Shown here: piece by piece, positions 28,393-37,937 of the stretch | Layout: each line of letters begins with the position of its first letter | How positions within the stretch are numbered: position 1 is the stretch's first letter | Assembly: GCA_049472335.1 (NCBI GenBank) | Contig: JBLIRO010000002.1 | Location: 1-64,000 of the forward strand | From: a bacterium | GTDB lineage: Bacteria > SZUA-182 > DTGQ01 > JAFGSM01 | Reading direction: 5' to 3' | Length of the DNA stretch: 64,000 nt | The notes under the pieces: generated by a model | The model's database searches: none | What the model was told of the DNA's origin: nothing | The model's input: the letters and a program-made list of their open reading frames with translations, nothing else | Translations under genes and position numbers: made by a program

Positions 28393-29100
28393 CTAATTTG
28401 AAATCCCTTCAAGGAAGGGCCCCGATGTATTTGTTATATGAAGAATATTATCGTCATCGACAAAAAGGTATACCCGATCATCCGGGCGTCTTTTGCTTTT
28501 ATAATAGGAATATTGTTTTAATACCTTCTTGACATACTGTCTTGTCTCACGATACTTGGGTATTCCCCCGTATTTTAAAACGGCTGTTTCACCTGCATTA
28601 TAAGCGGCCAGGCTTATCTCGAGATTATTATCGAACCGGTCCAGGAGATATTTAAAATATTTGACACCGCCGAAGATGTTTTCTTCCGGATTAAAAGGGT
28701 CGGACACATCCATTTTGTATGCTGTTTTGGGCATCAGTTGCATTAGTCCTTTTGCTCCGGCGCGGGAAACGGCCCTTGTATTGAAATTTGATTCTACCTT
28801 GATAATGGCCCTTATCAGGTTTGAGTCTATATTAAAAACCCTCGATACCCGATTAATAATCCGGTCGAGAAAGATTTCATTAACCGAATCTATTTCATCA
28901 TAATCATCATAATCTTCCGAATAGATATGAAAATCATGATAGACCGGGCGATCAGTATAGTGCGTTACACCATTACTGTCAGTATATTTATAGACCTTAG
29001 CTCCTATGCGATGCGGAAAGAAAATCCACAATAAGAGGAGAGATATGACGGCAAAGCCCCATCCTCTCCAGGCAAGAAACTGGTTAAATTTTTTTATCAT
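28393..29100 (-). CDS. Lytic transglycosylase (SLT domain) with N-terminal DUF4124-like domain
   Basis: VYKYTDSNGVTHYTD; IKVESNF..AVSRAGAKGLMQLMP; AAYNAG; ETRQYV. Confidence 0.9.
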   Translation of the reverse strand: MIKKFNQFLAWRGWGFAVISLLLLWIFFPHRIGAKVYKYTDSNGVTHYTDRPVYHDFHIYSEDYDDYDEIDSVNEIFLDRIINRVSRVFNIDSNLIRAIIKVESNFNTRAVSRAGAKGLMQLMPKTAYKMDVSDPFNPEENIFGGVKYFKYLLDRFDNNLEISLAAYNAGETAVLKYGGIPKYRETRQYVKKVLKQYSYYKSKRRPDDRVYLFVDDDNILHITNTSGPFLEGISN

Positions 29101-29103
29101 ATT

Positions 29104-30369
29104 TTATATCCCCACACTTTTTAATAGTCCCTGTTTTAATATTTCCAATATCTTTCGCCTTGCCAGGATACCTAAAAAAAGTTTTGTATTTCCATCTATT
29201 ACGGATATATATGAAGCCCGATTGGCATTAAAAAGATCCATGGCACTTTTCAGGTCCTGCTCCGGTGTCAAAATAGGCAAATCCGATTTACTCATAAAGT
29301 CTTTTGCCATTTTTGCGTAACTCATGGATGGATCCATTAATACATTTCTTACATCCTGAAGGGTTATTACACCCTGAAATTCACCCTTTTCGTTAATCAC
29401 AGGGAAGAAATTATGAGTGCTTCCCTTCATGAAAGCCAGTACATCCTTTAAGGTCATGTTATTATACATTATTTCAATGTTTTTCTCAATTACGTCACTT
29501 ACCCTTGTAAAGGAAAGTATATTCATTTCATAATCGAGCGGAGATATCGGATCATAAGATCCATCATAAAATGAGGTCAACTCCTGTTTGGTATATTTAT
29601 GTCGCTCCGCAAGACCGTTAATAGCATCCACAAGGGCGCCGATCTCATCTTGAGAGTTATGCTCGATCTGCTTAATCGTTCCCGAGATTATGGATATTCC
29701 CTCCAGGCCCGCTGTTATTTCCTCCAGAGGTTGCTGGATTATTTTCCTTAGCACTACTTTCAGAACGACAACCATAACAAGGACAGTTACAATAACTACC
29801 ATCATAACCTGGAATATATGTATTATAAAACGCTTGTTCAATCTGCTTGTGGAAAAATCCGCCATTAGAAAACCAAGAACCGGTCCGTCTGACTCATGAC
29901 ATTTCATGCAGCTACCCTGATTCGGAAGTTCTGTAACATTACGTAGAACTGTACCTGTATTTTGTGATTTGTATCTGAAAGTCCAGACAGGACTGTCTGC
30001 TTTAAGGTGATGATAATTTTTAATAATCTCTTTTGCGTCTTCTTTAAAGGGCAGGTCTTTTTCATTCAATAATAAACGGCCTGTTCCGTCAGCCCTGAAA
30101 AGCCCTATATTATGCATTTCGGTCATTTCTCCTATTTCTCCCAAGGATGATTTTATGTAATCAAAATCAGAAAGATCAAATGCATTTCTTAATGCTGCCG
30201 AATAACCCGCCATGAACCTGTTTATAGATTCCCTTTCCGTTTGGAAGTTCCAGTAACTAATACTAAAGGTTAAAATCAATAAAAAACCCAAGCCCATGAA
30301 AAATAGAGGGACCAACACAGAAACAATTATTTTAAAGCTTATGTTTTGGGTCCAGCCTCTATTATGCAT
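29104..30369 (-). CDS. Membrane sensor: periplasmic heme c domain - HAMP - CBS pair
   Basis: Two TMs flanking a periplasmic domain with CMKCH...VLG; HAMP (PLEEI...DEIGALVDAIN); CBS pair (FPVINEKGEFQGVITLQD, LGILARRKIL); no kinase or cyclase domain. Confidence 0.8.
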   Translation of the reverse strand: MHNRGWTQNISFKIIVSVLVPLFFMGLGFLLILTFSISYWNFQTERESINRFMAGYSAALRNAFDLSDFDYIKSSLGEIGEMTEMHNIGLFRADGTGRLLLNEKDLPFKEDAKEIIKNYHHLKADSPVWTFRYKSQNTGTVLRNVTELPNQGSCMKCHESDGPVLGFLMADFSTSRLNKRFIIHIFQVMMVVIVTVLVMVVVLKVVLRKIIQQPLEEITAGLEGISIISGTIKQIEHNSQDEIGALVDAINGLAERHKYTKQELTSFYDGSYDPISPLDYEMNILSFTRVSDVIEKNIEIMYNNMTLKDVLAFMKGSTHNFFPVINEKGEFQGVITLQDVRNVLMDPSMSYAKMAKDFMSKSDLPILTPEQDLKSAMDLFNANRASYISVIDGNTKLFLGILARRKILEILKQGLLKSVGI

Positions 30370-30698
30370 TTACCCTGCTATTTATATACGGTTTGATCAT
30401 TTATTTTTACTTACGGGCTCCGGGATGATCCGGGGCCTTTTATGCAACAATAATACTTAAAGGGTTCAATCAGAAGTTTAACAGTATTTATATAAAATGC
30501 AATTGTTGCAATACATAGGTTATTATTCTGCATTATAATATACCTTTTTTTCTTTTAGTCAAAATTTTTTGTCTATCTTAAAAAATCATTCACCGCATGC
30601 TTTCGGATCCATGATTAAATAAACTGTTATCAGCTTATACATAGTTTCCCGTAACTCCTTATTTATTGTTTCTTTATTTATGGTTTAGAGGGTATTAA

Positions 30699-30713
30699 GC
30701 AAAATCTTTGCCA
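30699..30713 (-). promoter_or_regulatory. Sigma54 (-24/-12) promoter facing the heme-HAMP-CBS gene
   Basis: Minus strand TGGCAAAGATTTTGC, exact GG-N10-GC spacing. Confidence 0.65.
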
Positions 30714-31033
30714 TATTTTTTTATCGATTATTTTCATAGAAAATATTTTTTATTTTTTCTCTTATAAACCCCTCCGATGAATTATAAGAGACCAAAATAA
30801 ATCATAAAATCAGTACTTTCCCTTATTAATTCTAACAATATCCCCCGGAATTAAAAAAACTCAAATCTTTTTTTTAGAATAAGGTCGATTAGATTTAATA
30901 TGTTTTTATTTCATGTGTTGTTGTTATTTTGAGTCCGATCCTGCAACATCTTGCAATGTTTTTCCTTCTTTGATCAAAAGTTGCAATTTTGTAAATCATT
31001 TATATTCAGACAGTTGTGCTTGATCTCAATATT

Positions 31034-31048
31034 TGGCATATGAAATGC
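31034..31048 (+). promoter_or_regulatory. Sigma54 (-24/-12) promoter facing the antiporter operon
   Basis: TGGCATATGAAATGC, exact GG-N10-GC spacing. Confidence 0.55.
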
Positions 31049-31221
31049 TTTTCATGATGAAAAAAATTGACCATCTATTCGACCAGATTTTAATATATAA
31101 AAAATAAGATTAAGCAACAACCATATAAGTGATAGACTAGCTTTAAGCAAATTGCTTTTATCAATGAAAAATAATTATTAGGTTTAATTATAATTTTATT
31201 ATTAGTATATTGTTATAAATA

Positions 31222-31250
31222 TTGACATAACCATTATCTCATGGTAAGCT
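31222..31250 (+). promoter_or_regulatory. Sigma70-like promoter upstream of mrpE
   Basis: TTGACA-N17-TAAGCT with an extended -10 TG. Confidence 0.5.
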
Positions 31251-31325
31251 ACAGCATCTTTGAAAAGCTCAAATTAGGTTTAAATCCATCTTAATTGTTA
31301 GACTGTCGAATTATTTATAAGGAGC

Positions 31326-31898
31326 TTGTTCAGATTGTTCGCTTTTCAAAAAAAAGATCCCAGAGAGTTTGCGGTGACCATGGTTTTACTTTTACTCTTT
31401 TGGTTTACTATCATAACCTTTCCCGCTAATCCGTTTTCAGGGTTCGGCCTAAAGATTTTGATCGAGCACTTTATTCTGGGCCTTCTTTTTGCGGTTATGG
31501 TTACCCTTTTGTCACCATATCCCATATTGACAAGAAAACAGATCGATATATATGTTCGTCCTCGAGCAGTATTGCGTTTCATTATTTATATATCTCACTT
31601 GGTTTTGGATATTATACTGGCAGGCATAGATGTCGCCCGAAGGGTGATGAGACCAAAAATCCTTATTTCGCCTGGAATTGTAGAGTTTGACACACCTCTT
31701 TCCGAGGATATACAGATCGCGCTGAATGCCAATTCAATCACCCTGACTCCGGGGACAATAACCATAGATGCTCAAAAAATCCCAGAGGGGAGTCGCTTTC
31801 TGGTTCATTGCATAAGCCAGGATGCGGTGGAAAGCACACTGAAAGACAAAGGTTTTGTAAAACGGATTCAGCACTGCTTTCATTCGGAGGAAAAATGA
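31326..31898 (+). CDS. mrpE: Na+/H+ antiporter subunit E (MrpE/MnhE/MbhA-like)
   Basis: ISPGIV...ANSITLTPGTITID signature. Confidence 0.9.
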   Translation: MFRLFAFQKKDPREFAVTMVLLLLFWFTIITFPANPFSGFGLKILIEHFILGLLFAVMVTLLSPYPILTRKQIDIYVRPRAVLRFIIYISHLVLDIILAGIDVARRVMRPKILISPGIVEFDTPLSEDIQIALNANSITLTPGTITIDAQKIPEGSRFLVHCISQDAVESTLKDKGFVKRIQHCFHSEEK

Positions 31899-32170
31899 TA
31901 GAGTTCCTCTTTATTTTAAAACTGGCGATAACCATACTTTCTTTTACTATCTTCTTTTGCCTTTATCGGGCTATACTCGGGCCGACAACCGCTGACAGGA
32001 TAATTGGGATCAATGTAGTCGGCAGCAAGGCCACTATTGCACTGGTATTTCTTGCCGCCATTTTTCAAAAGACCTCTTTTCTGGACATTGCCTTGCTTTA
32101 CGCCATGCTGGTCTATGTAACAACCTTGGCCTTTGTAAAATATCTGGAACATAGGGACCTGGGGGATTAA
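31895..32170 (+). CDS. mrpF: Na+/H+ antiporter subunit F (MrpF/MbhB-like)
   Basis: YRAILGPTTADRIIG...LDIAL...AFVKYL; GGAGG RBS, ATGA overlap at 31895. Confidence 0.9.
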   Translation: MIEFLFILKLAITILSFTIFFCLYRAILGPTTADRIIGINVVGSKATIALVFLAAIFQKTSFLDIALLYAMLVYVTTLAFVKYLEHRDLGD

Positions 32171-32172
32171 TT

Positions 32173-32541
32173 ATGATATATCTGCAGACAATTTTGAGAT
32201 TTTTAGCGGGTATATTCATACTGGGGGGGGTATTCTTTTTTGTGTGTGCAACAGTCGGGGTAATACGAATGCCGGATTCCTATAATAGGGCACATACCTC
32301 GGGGAAAGGGGACAGTCCCGGGCTTCTCCTGTCGCTACTCGGGGTATGGATATATTGGCTCACTATCAATCCTATGGAGAGTATAAAAGTTATTGTGATT
32401 CTGGTTTTCATGTTGTTGGCCAATCCAATCGCGGTGCATGCGATACTCCGCTTCTGCTATAAGACAAAAATCCCCTGGATTGAAGATACGACATTTGATC
32501 TGTTGAAAAAAAAAGATGATTTTCCCAAAAAGGAGGTTTGA
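32173..32541 (+). CDS. mrpG: Na+/H+ antiporter subunit G (MrpG/MbhC-like)
   Basis: GVIRMPDSYNRAH..GK.D, NPIAVHAI. Confidence 0.9.
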   Translation: MIYLQTILRFLAGIFILGGVFFFVCATVGVIRMPDSYNRAHTSGKGDSPGLLLSLLGVWIYWLTINPMESIKVIVILVFMLLANPIAVHAILRFCYKTKIPWIEDTTFDLLKKKDDFPKKEV

Positions 32542-32792
32542 CTATGGATCTTGTGCTTTTGGCCCATTTAGTTGTCCTGTTTTTTCTGATATGCACTGCT
32601 CTGGCTGCAATAGTAAGTAAAGACCTTCTTGAGTCAGTTATAATTTACAATGCATATAGTTTCACTATAGCCATTACTTACAGCATACTTAGGGCGGTGG
32701 ATGTGGCAATGACGGAGGCCGCTGTGGGGGCGGGGATATCCAGTATCCTTTTCGTGGCCGCCTTGTGTAAGACCAAAAGGAGAGAAGACTGA
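32538..32792 (+). CDS. MrpA C-terminal/MbhD-like small subunit (DUF4040)
   Basis: KDLLESVI...LRAVDVAMTEAAVGAG. Confidence 0.88.
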   Translation: MTMDLVLLAHLVVLFFLICTALAAIVSKDLLESVIIYNAYSFTIAITYSILRAVDVAMTEAAVGAGISSILFVAALCKTKRRED

Positions 32793-33118
32793 TGAGACGT
32801 TTCATCCCGGTGGTTCTTTTTTGTATCTTTGGGATAGTCATGATTGCTGCCGTTCTTACACTGGCGCCGGTCGGAGATCCTCACCAGCCGGGTTATGCGG
32901 AATTTGTGCATCCGGAGGTTGAGTATGAAGAAATTATCAGGGAAGGGGAGACTGTGGCGCTTCGGTATAACCGCGAAGGGGCCTATGATACGGGCGCATT
33001 GGATATTATCACATCTACCATATTCGATTACCGCGGCTATGATACCCTTTTCGAAACAACCGTGCTTTTTACAGCCCTCATAAGTGTTTTGACTATAATT
33101 GGGGTTTCAAAAGAATAA
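32792..33118 (+). CDS. MbhE-like subunit
   Basis: IITSTIFDYRGYDTLFETTVLF (DxRGxDTxxE motif). Confidence 0.88.
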   Translation: MRRFIPVVLFCIFGIVMIAAVLTLAPVGDPHQPGYAEFVHPEVEYEEIIREGETVALRYNREGAYDTGALDIITSTIFDYRGYDTLFETTVLFTALISVLTIIGVSKE

Positions 33119-33139
33119 AATTAATAAGGATTTTTTATT

Positions 33140-33670
33140 TTGAAAAAAGAATCTGAATATAAGACCAGTTTAGTGATTCAGACCGTTACCCGTCTAATGC
33201 TGCCGTTTCTGCTCATGTTTGGAATAAGTCTGATCGTTCACGGGCATCTGACCCCTGGCGGGGGTTTTCAGGGAGGAGTTGTCATTGGCGCAACCTTTAT
33301 CCTTCTGGGACTGGCCTTCAATAAGGAGGAAGGCCGTCGCGCCGTTCCTGAAAAAAGTGTCAGAACGGTTGCGTCTTTCGGAATCCTCATCTATATATTC
33401 GTTGGGCTTGCAGGCATATTGGCCGGCTATAATTTTTTAACCAACAGGTGGATGAAATTCCCGCCCTTTGGGGAATTGGGAGAGCTTTTTAGCGGAGGTT
33501 CACTTTTTTGGATAAATATCGGAGTCGGACTTACTGTTTCGGCAATAGCCATGGAAATGTTTTATGCATTTTTAGAAGAAAAACGCGATCCTACATATCG
33601 GAAAATCATAAGTAAAGTGGATGAGAAAAGGAGGTGGTCAGATGAGATTTTTCGGGATACTTCTAAGTAG
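33140..33670 (+). CDS. mrpB: Na+/H+ antiporter subunit B (MrpB/MbhF-like)
   Basis: HGHLTPGGGFQGG; NIGVGLTV. Confidence 0.9.
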   Translation: MKKESEYKTSLVIQTVTRLMLPFLLMFGISLIVHGHLTPGGGFQGGVVIGATFILLGLAFNKEEGRRAVPEKSVRTVASFGILIYIFVGLAGILAGYNFLTNRWMKFPPFGELGELFSGGSLFWINIGVGLTVSAIAMEMFYAFLEEKRDPTYRKIISKVDEKRRWSDEIFRDTSK

Positions 33671-34049
33671 AATAGATTATGTTGTAACTGTGATTCTCTT
33701 TTGTATCGGATTATATGCCCTTGTTGTTAAGCCAAATTTGATCAAGAAAATGATTGGGATGAATATCGTTGAAACCTCTGTATATCTTTTTCTGATCGCC
33801 TCCGCAGATGTTCGTCTGGGTGCTTCTACAAGGCTGTGGGCTCATCCGAATGAGATTCTAAACGCCCAGGAGGCGGTCCATGCTGCGGCAGGTGAATTGG
33901 CAATGGTGAATCCTATCCCATCAGCCCTCGTTCTGACCGCTATTGTGGTTAGCGTGAGTGTTACAGCAGTTTCGCTTTGTCTTGCCATTAAGATATATGA
34001 AAATTATGGAACCCTGGATACCAGGAAAATAATGAGATTAAGAGGATAG
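33642..34049 (+). CDS. mrpC: Na+/H+ antiporter subunit C (MrpC/NuoK-like)
   Basis: NLIKKMIGMNI; NPIPSALVLTAIVV; YGTLD; AGGAGG RBS before ATG 33642. Confidence 0.9.
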   Translation: MRFFGILLSRIDYVVTVILFCIGLYALVVKPNLIKKMIGMNIVETSVYLFLIASADVRLGASTRLWAHPNEILNAQEAVHAAAGELAMVNPIPSALVLTAIVVSVSVTAVSLCLAIKIYENYGTLDTRKIMRLRG

Positions 34050-34056
34050 GTCGACA

Positions 34057-35622
34057 ATGGAATCCTCCCTTGCACAATCAGGATCTCAGCTTCAGGTTTT
34101 AATACCTGTATGTCTGATTTTTACCGCGGTAATCATGCCCATAGTAGGAAGATGGGTAAAGCGTTTGAGAGAATACCTGTTTCTTTTTGCAACCATATTA
34201 GCTGCTTACATGTCGGTGATAATTTTTCTCAGGGTTTTCAGATCACCGAGCGGGTATCTGGAGTATTTTCTGGGATATGGATGGCAGGGGGTTCGATTCC
34301 TCAAAACCGGCCAACCCATAGGTATTGTCTTGAAAACAGACTTGCTGGGAGCCATCTTGCTCCTTTTAATAAATGGTATTGGCGCACTTGCCGCCATATA
34401 TTCCATCCCTTATATACATCATGAGGTACAAAAGTCAAAGCATACCTATTACTATACGCTTTTTTTATTGATGCTGGGCGGAATGTCCGGCATTGCCGTG
34501 ACAGGAGACATATTTAATTTTTATGTTTTTTTCGAGATCGCATCTATCAGCTCTTATGCCCTTGTATCTATTACCGGAAAGGCCGAATCTCTTGAGGCGA
34601 CATTCAAATATCTTCTGGTTGGCGCCTTAAGCTCTATCTTTATTGTCTTTGCGATAGGTTTGTTGTTTAATGCCACTGGCACACTTAATATGGAATATGC
34701 GTCCAGGCAGGTGGCCAAGATAATTGTTAGTGAACCGGATTCCTTTATCTATTCTCTTCGTTATCTCATTTTCGCGTCTGTGGGCCTTTTCATAATGGGA
34801 TTCAGTGTAAAAGCGGCCCTTTTCCCCGGACACGCATGGCTGGCAGATGCTCATCCGGTGGCTCCATCATCGATCAGCGCGCTTTTGTCCGGTCTTGTTA
34901 TTAAAGCCACAGGTATTTTCCCTTTAGTCCGTTTTCTTTTCGGTATCTTTGCTATTCATAGCGGTTATTACGGCAAGCTTCTAAGACCGCTTTTTTTGAC
35001 TATTGCAGTGATAACCATGTTAGGGGGGTCTTTTTTCGCGATTGCCCAGACAAAACTCAAGCGCATGCTGGCCTTTTCCACCATTGCACAGGTCGGATAT
35101 ATCATGTTTGGCATCGGCTTGATTACAAATGCCGGGGTGGCCGGTTCCATCCTGCATATTATCAACCACGCAATTGTAAAAGGCCTTCTTTTTCTTGTTT
35201 CAGGAATCATTATTTATAAAACAGGGATCACAGAGATTGCGGATATGGGAAAGATCGGATATAAAATGCCCTTGACTATGGCATGCTTTGCTATAGGGGC
35301 TTGCTCAATGGTAGGCGTTCCTCCCCTGAGCGGATTTATGAGTAAATGGGTGTTGGCAAATGCGTCCTTTGAAGCCGGTTTGCCTTTTTTAATCGGTTTT
35401 TTGCTTCTTAGCAGTCTTTTAAATGCCGTTTATTATTTCAGGGTAGTAGCAATTTCTTATTTTGGCATACCCAAGATAGATATAGAAAAAAGGGACGAGC
35501 CACCGTTCATGATGCAGCTTCCTGTTATAATCCTGACCTTTTTAGTGGTGCTTTTGGGGATTTTGATTAAATATCCATACCATAAGGCTGCAATGCCGGC
35601 TGCTCTTATGGTTTTTAAATAA
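34057..35622 (+). CDS. mrpD: Antiporter-like subunit 1 (MrpD/NuoN/MbhH family)
   Basis: TGDIFNFYVFFEI, KAALFPGHAWLADAH, LSGLVIK, KRMLAFST, GVPPLSGFMSKW. Confidence 0.9.
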   Translation: MESSLAQSGSQLQVLIPVCLIFTAVIMPIVGRWVKRLREYLFLFATILAAYMSVIIFLRVFRSPSGYLEYFLGYGWQGVRFLKTGQPIGIVLKTDLLGAILLLLINGIGALAAIYSIPYIHHEVQKSKHTYYYTLFLLMLGGMSGIAVTGDIFNFYVFFEIASISSYALVSITGKAESLEATFKYLLVGALSSIFIVFAIGLLFNATGTLNMEYASRQVAKIIVSEPDSFIYSLRYLIFASVGLFIMGFSVKAALFPGHAWLADAHPVAPSSISALLSGLVIKATGIFPLVRFLFGIFAIHSGYYGKLLRPLFLTIAVITMLGGSFFAIAQTKLKRMLAFSTIAQVGYIMFGIGLITNAGVAGSILHIINHAIVKGLLFLVSGIIIYKTGITEIADMGKIGYKMPLTMACFAIGACSMVGVPPLSGFMSKWVLANASFEAGLPFLIGFLLLSSLLNAVYYFRVVAISYFGIPKIDIEKRDEPPFMMQLPVIILTFLVVLLGILIKYPYHKAAMPAALMVFK

Positions 35623-35688
35623 TTTTGTTTTAAGAAGAAATTACGAAAAAGAAAGAAAAAAAATGATCAGGTTCTAAGGAGGATACCA

Positions 35689-37185
35689 ATGTTAGTGGAG
35701 AGCTATCTGCCTTTACTTGCAGTTATGTTCCCTCTGGTTGCTATAGTATTTCGACCGTTTGTGGAAAAACACCGCTACTATCATTATACATTTATCGTGA
35801 GCTTTGTAACATTAGTTATAGTTTTGTTCATGTTTCCTTCCATAAAGGCAGGCAATTTACTAAACATGAGCCTGGATACGGGGCTGGGATTCAATTTTGT
35901 ATTTCGAGCCGATATGCTGGGTTTTTTTGTGGGAATAATTTCAATTCTGCTTTGGACACTCTCCTCGCTTTATGGAATTGAATATATGTCCGAATCTCAT
36001 GCCCATGGCAGATATAATATATTTTCCCTTCTCTCCCTGGGTGGAATGATGGGAGTCGTTTTTACCGGAAACCTTTTTACCCTTTATATATTCTTTGAGT
36101 TATTGAGCGTCGCATCGGCCATCCTTGTATTTCATGAAGAGACCCCTGAGGCAATGAAGGCTGGATTTAAATACCTTTTCCTGGGTATTGCCGGCGGTCT
36201 CATATTATTATTTGGGATCATAATGACCTATGATATTGCGGGCACCGGAGACTTGACGATGATTGGTATCGGTCTCCAGGGAAGCAAATGGCTTCCCTTT
36301 ATATTCTGGAGTTTTATTATAGGCTTTGGTGTCAAAGCAGGTATGTTTCCCATGCATATCTGGCTTCCTTCAGCCCATCCGGTTGCGCCTTCACCAGCCA
36401 GTGCCCTGCTCTCCGGTGTAATGATAAAGGCCGGCGCCTATGGGATCTTTAAGACAGTCTATAACATAATAGGGTATACAGATATAGTTCATTCACATAT
36501 GGGTCTTATTATTCCATTGCTGATTTTGGCCCTGATAACCATCTTCCTTGGTTCGGCTTGCGCAATAACCCAGACAGAGATAAAAAAGATGTTGGCCTAT
36601 TCCAGTATCTCCCAGATCGGCTATGTGATTATGGGGATTTCACTGCTCTCGCCAAGGGGTATTGTGGGTGCGCTATTTCATGTCCTTGCTCACGCGCTTA
36701 TGAAGGGAACATTGTTCATGTGTGCAGGGGCATTCATTCACCAGACAGGGCTGAGAGAGCTTGCGGATCTGAAAGGCATAGGAAAGAGGATGCCTTTTAC
36801 CACCCTTTGTTTCAGTATTTGTGCCCTTTCTATGATAGGTCTTCCTCCTTTCATAGGCTTTATAAGCAAGTGGGAACTCGCACTGGGTTCCCTCGAAACC
36901 ATTAAAATGGGATATTATTGGCCGGGGATAGGTATTATCGCACTCCTGACCCTTCTCCTCAGCAGCCTTTTAAACCTTGTCTATTACGGCCCCGTTGTAG
37001 TAGGGGCCTGGATGCATAGTCCTGGTGAATCCTCTTATGAGTCGGAGTCGTCCAAAAATGAAGATGCCGGTAAAACTATGCTTGTACCCATGTTGTTGCT
37101 TTCCCTGGGTGTGTTCCTGTTTGGGGTATGGCCGAGACATCCGCTTAATTTTGTTCGAAAAATCAGCAAGATCTTCTTCCCATAA
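35689..37185 (+). CDS. Antiporter-like subunit 2 (MrpD family)
   Basis: FFEL, KAGMFPMHIWLPSAHP, GVMIK, KKMLAYSS, GLPPFIGFISKW. Confidence 0.88.
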   Translation: MLVESYLPLLAVMFPLVAIVFRPFVEKHRYYHYTFIVSFVTLVIVLFMFPSIKAGNLLNMSLDTGLGFNFVFRADMLGFFVGIISILLWTLSSLYGIEYMSESHAHGRYNIFSLLSLGGMMGVVFTGNLFTLYIFFELLSVASAILVFHEETPEAMKAGFKYLFLGIAGGLILLFGIIMTYDIAGTGDLTMIGIGLQGSKWLPFIFWSFIIGFGVKAGMFPMHIWLPSAHPVAPSPASALLSGVMIKAGAYGIFKTVYNIIGYTDIVHSHMGLIIPLLILALITIFLGSACAITQTEIKKMLAYSSISQIGYVIMGISLLSPRGIVGALFHVLAHALMKGTLFMCAGAFIHQTGLRELADLKGIGKRMPFTTLCFSICALSMIGLPPFIGFISKWELALGSLETIKMGYYWPGIGIIALLTLLLSSLLNLVYYGPVVVGAWMHSPGESSYESESSKNEDAGKTMLVPMLLLSLGVFLFGVWPRHPLNFVRKISKIFFP

Positions 37186-37211
37186 TAACCAAGATGATTT
37201 CAAGGTGTAAT

Positions 37212-37937
37212 ATGAAAAAAAGGGATATAATTTTTTATCTTTTTTTACAAATAATTTTGGCTTTGGCGCTTCTAATGTTATCCATGAACGCACAGGCATC
37301 TTCAAACACCCACAGGCATAATGAAGCTGTGGAATCCGGACATCATGAATTTATCTCCGGAGCGGAAGAACAAGTTCATGAAAAAGAGGTTCTTCACGGG
37401 GAAAGGGCCGGGGAGGATTTCGAGGAAGATACCGCACATGAGACCCATGGAGTTGAAGAACATCCTCATCATGGGGAAGAATCTCGTTACGGTGAAGAGA
37501 CCGAAGAACATATTGGCAAAGATGAGGGGCATGAGGCAAATCATGAGACAAAAGGTCATTCGGATCATGACCATCAGGCAGAAGTGCCACTTGTTTATCT
37601 TTTTTATTGGGGCATATTGATTCTGGTCATGGTAATAATACTGATATATTTTGTCTATCGACGTAAAAATAAAAAGTTAAAGCCTATGATTCCCCTGGCC
37701 GTTTTTCTGGTTCTCTTTGCCATAGCTATCTATGTTCTTGAAATAATTACTCCTGCCTTCAGCGGCAGATTTGACCCTAAGACATTAACAATTATTCATG
37801 ATTTTCACGAAGCCCCTGATATTGGATTTCTGCGTTTCATTTATAAATTTATATTGGGAATATTAATGACACTTTTTGCTTTTCTAAATCTGGATCGTAA
37901 CGAATTTAATAAAAAAAGTATGGAAGACCAGGGATGA
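37212..37937 (+). CDS. Membrane protein with signal peptide, His/Glu-rich extracytoplasmic tract and three C-terminal TMs
   Basis: AQA cleavage-like site, THRHNEAVESGHHE...HPHHGEE...GHSDHDH, then hydrophobic segments (ATG 37212 preferred over 37194). Confidence 0.78.
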   Translation: MKKRDIIFYLFLQIILALALLMLSMNAQASSNTHRHNEAVESGHHEFISGAEEQVHEKEVLHGERAGEDFEEDTAHETHGVEEHPHHGEESRYGEETEEHIGKDEGHEANHETKGHSDHDHQAEVPLVYLFYWGILILVMVIILIYFVYRRKNKKLKPMIPLAVFLVLFAIAIYVLEIITPAFSGRFDPKTLTIIHDFHEAPDIGFLRFIYKFILGILMTLFAFLNLDRNEFNKKSMEDQG

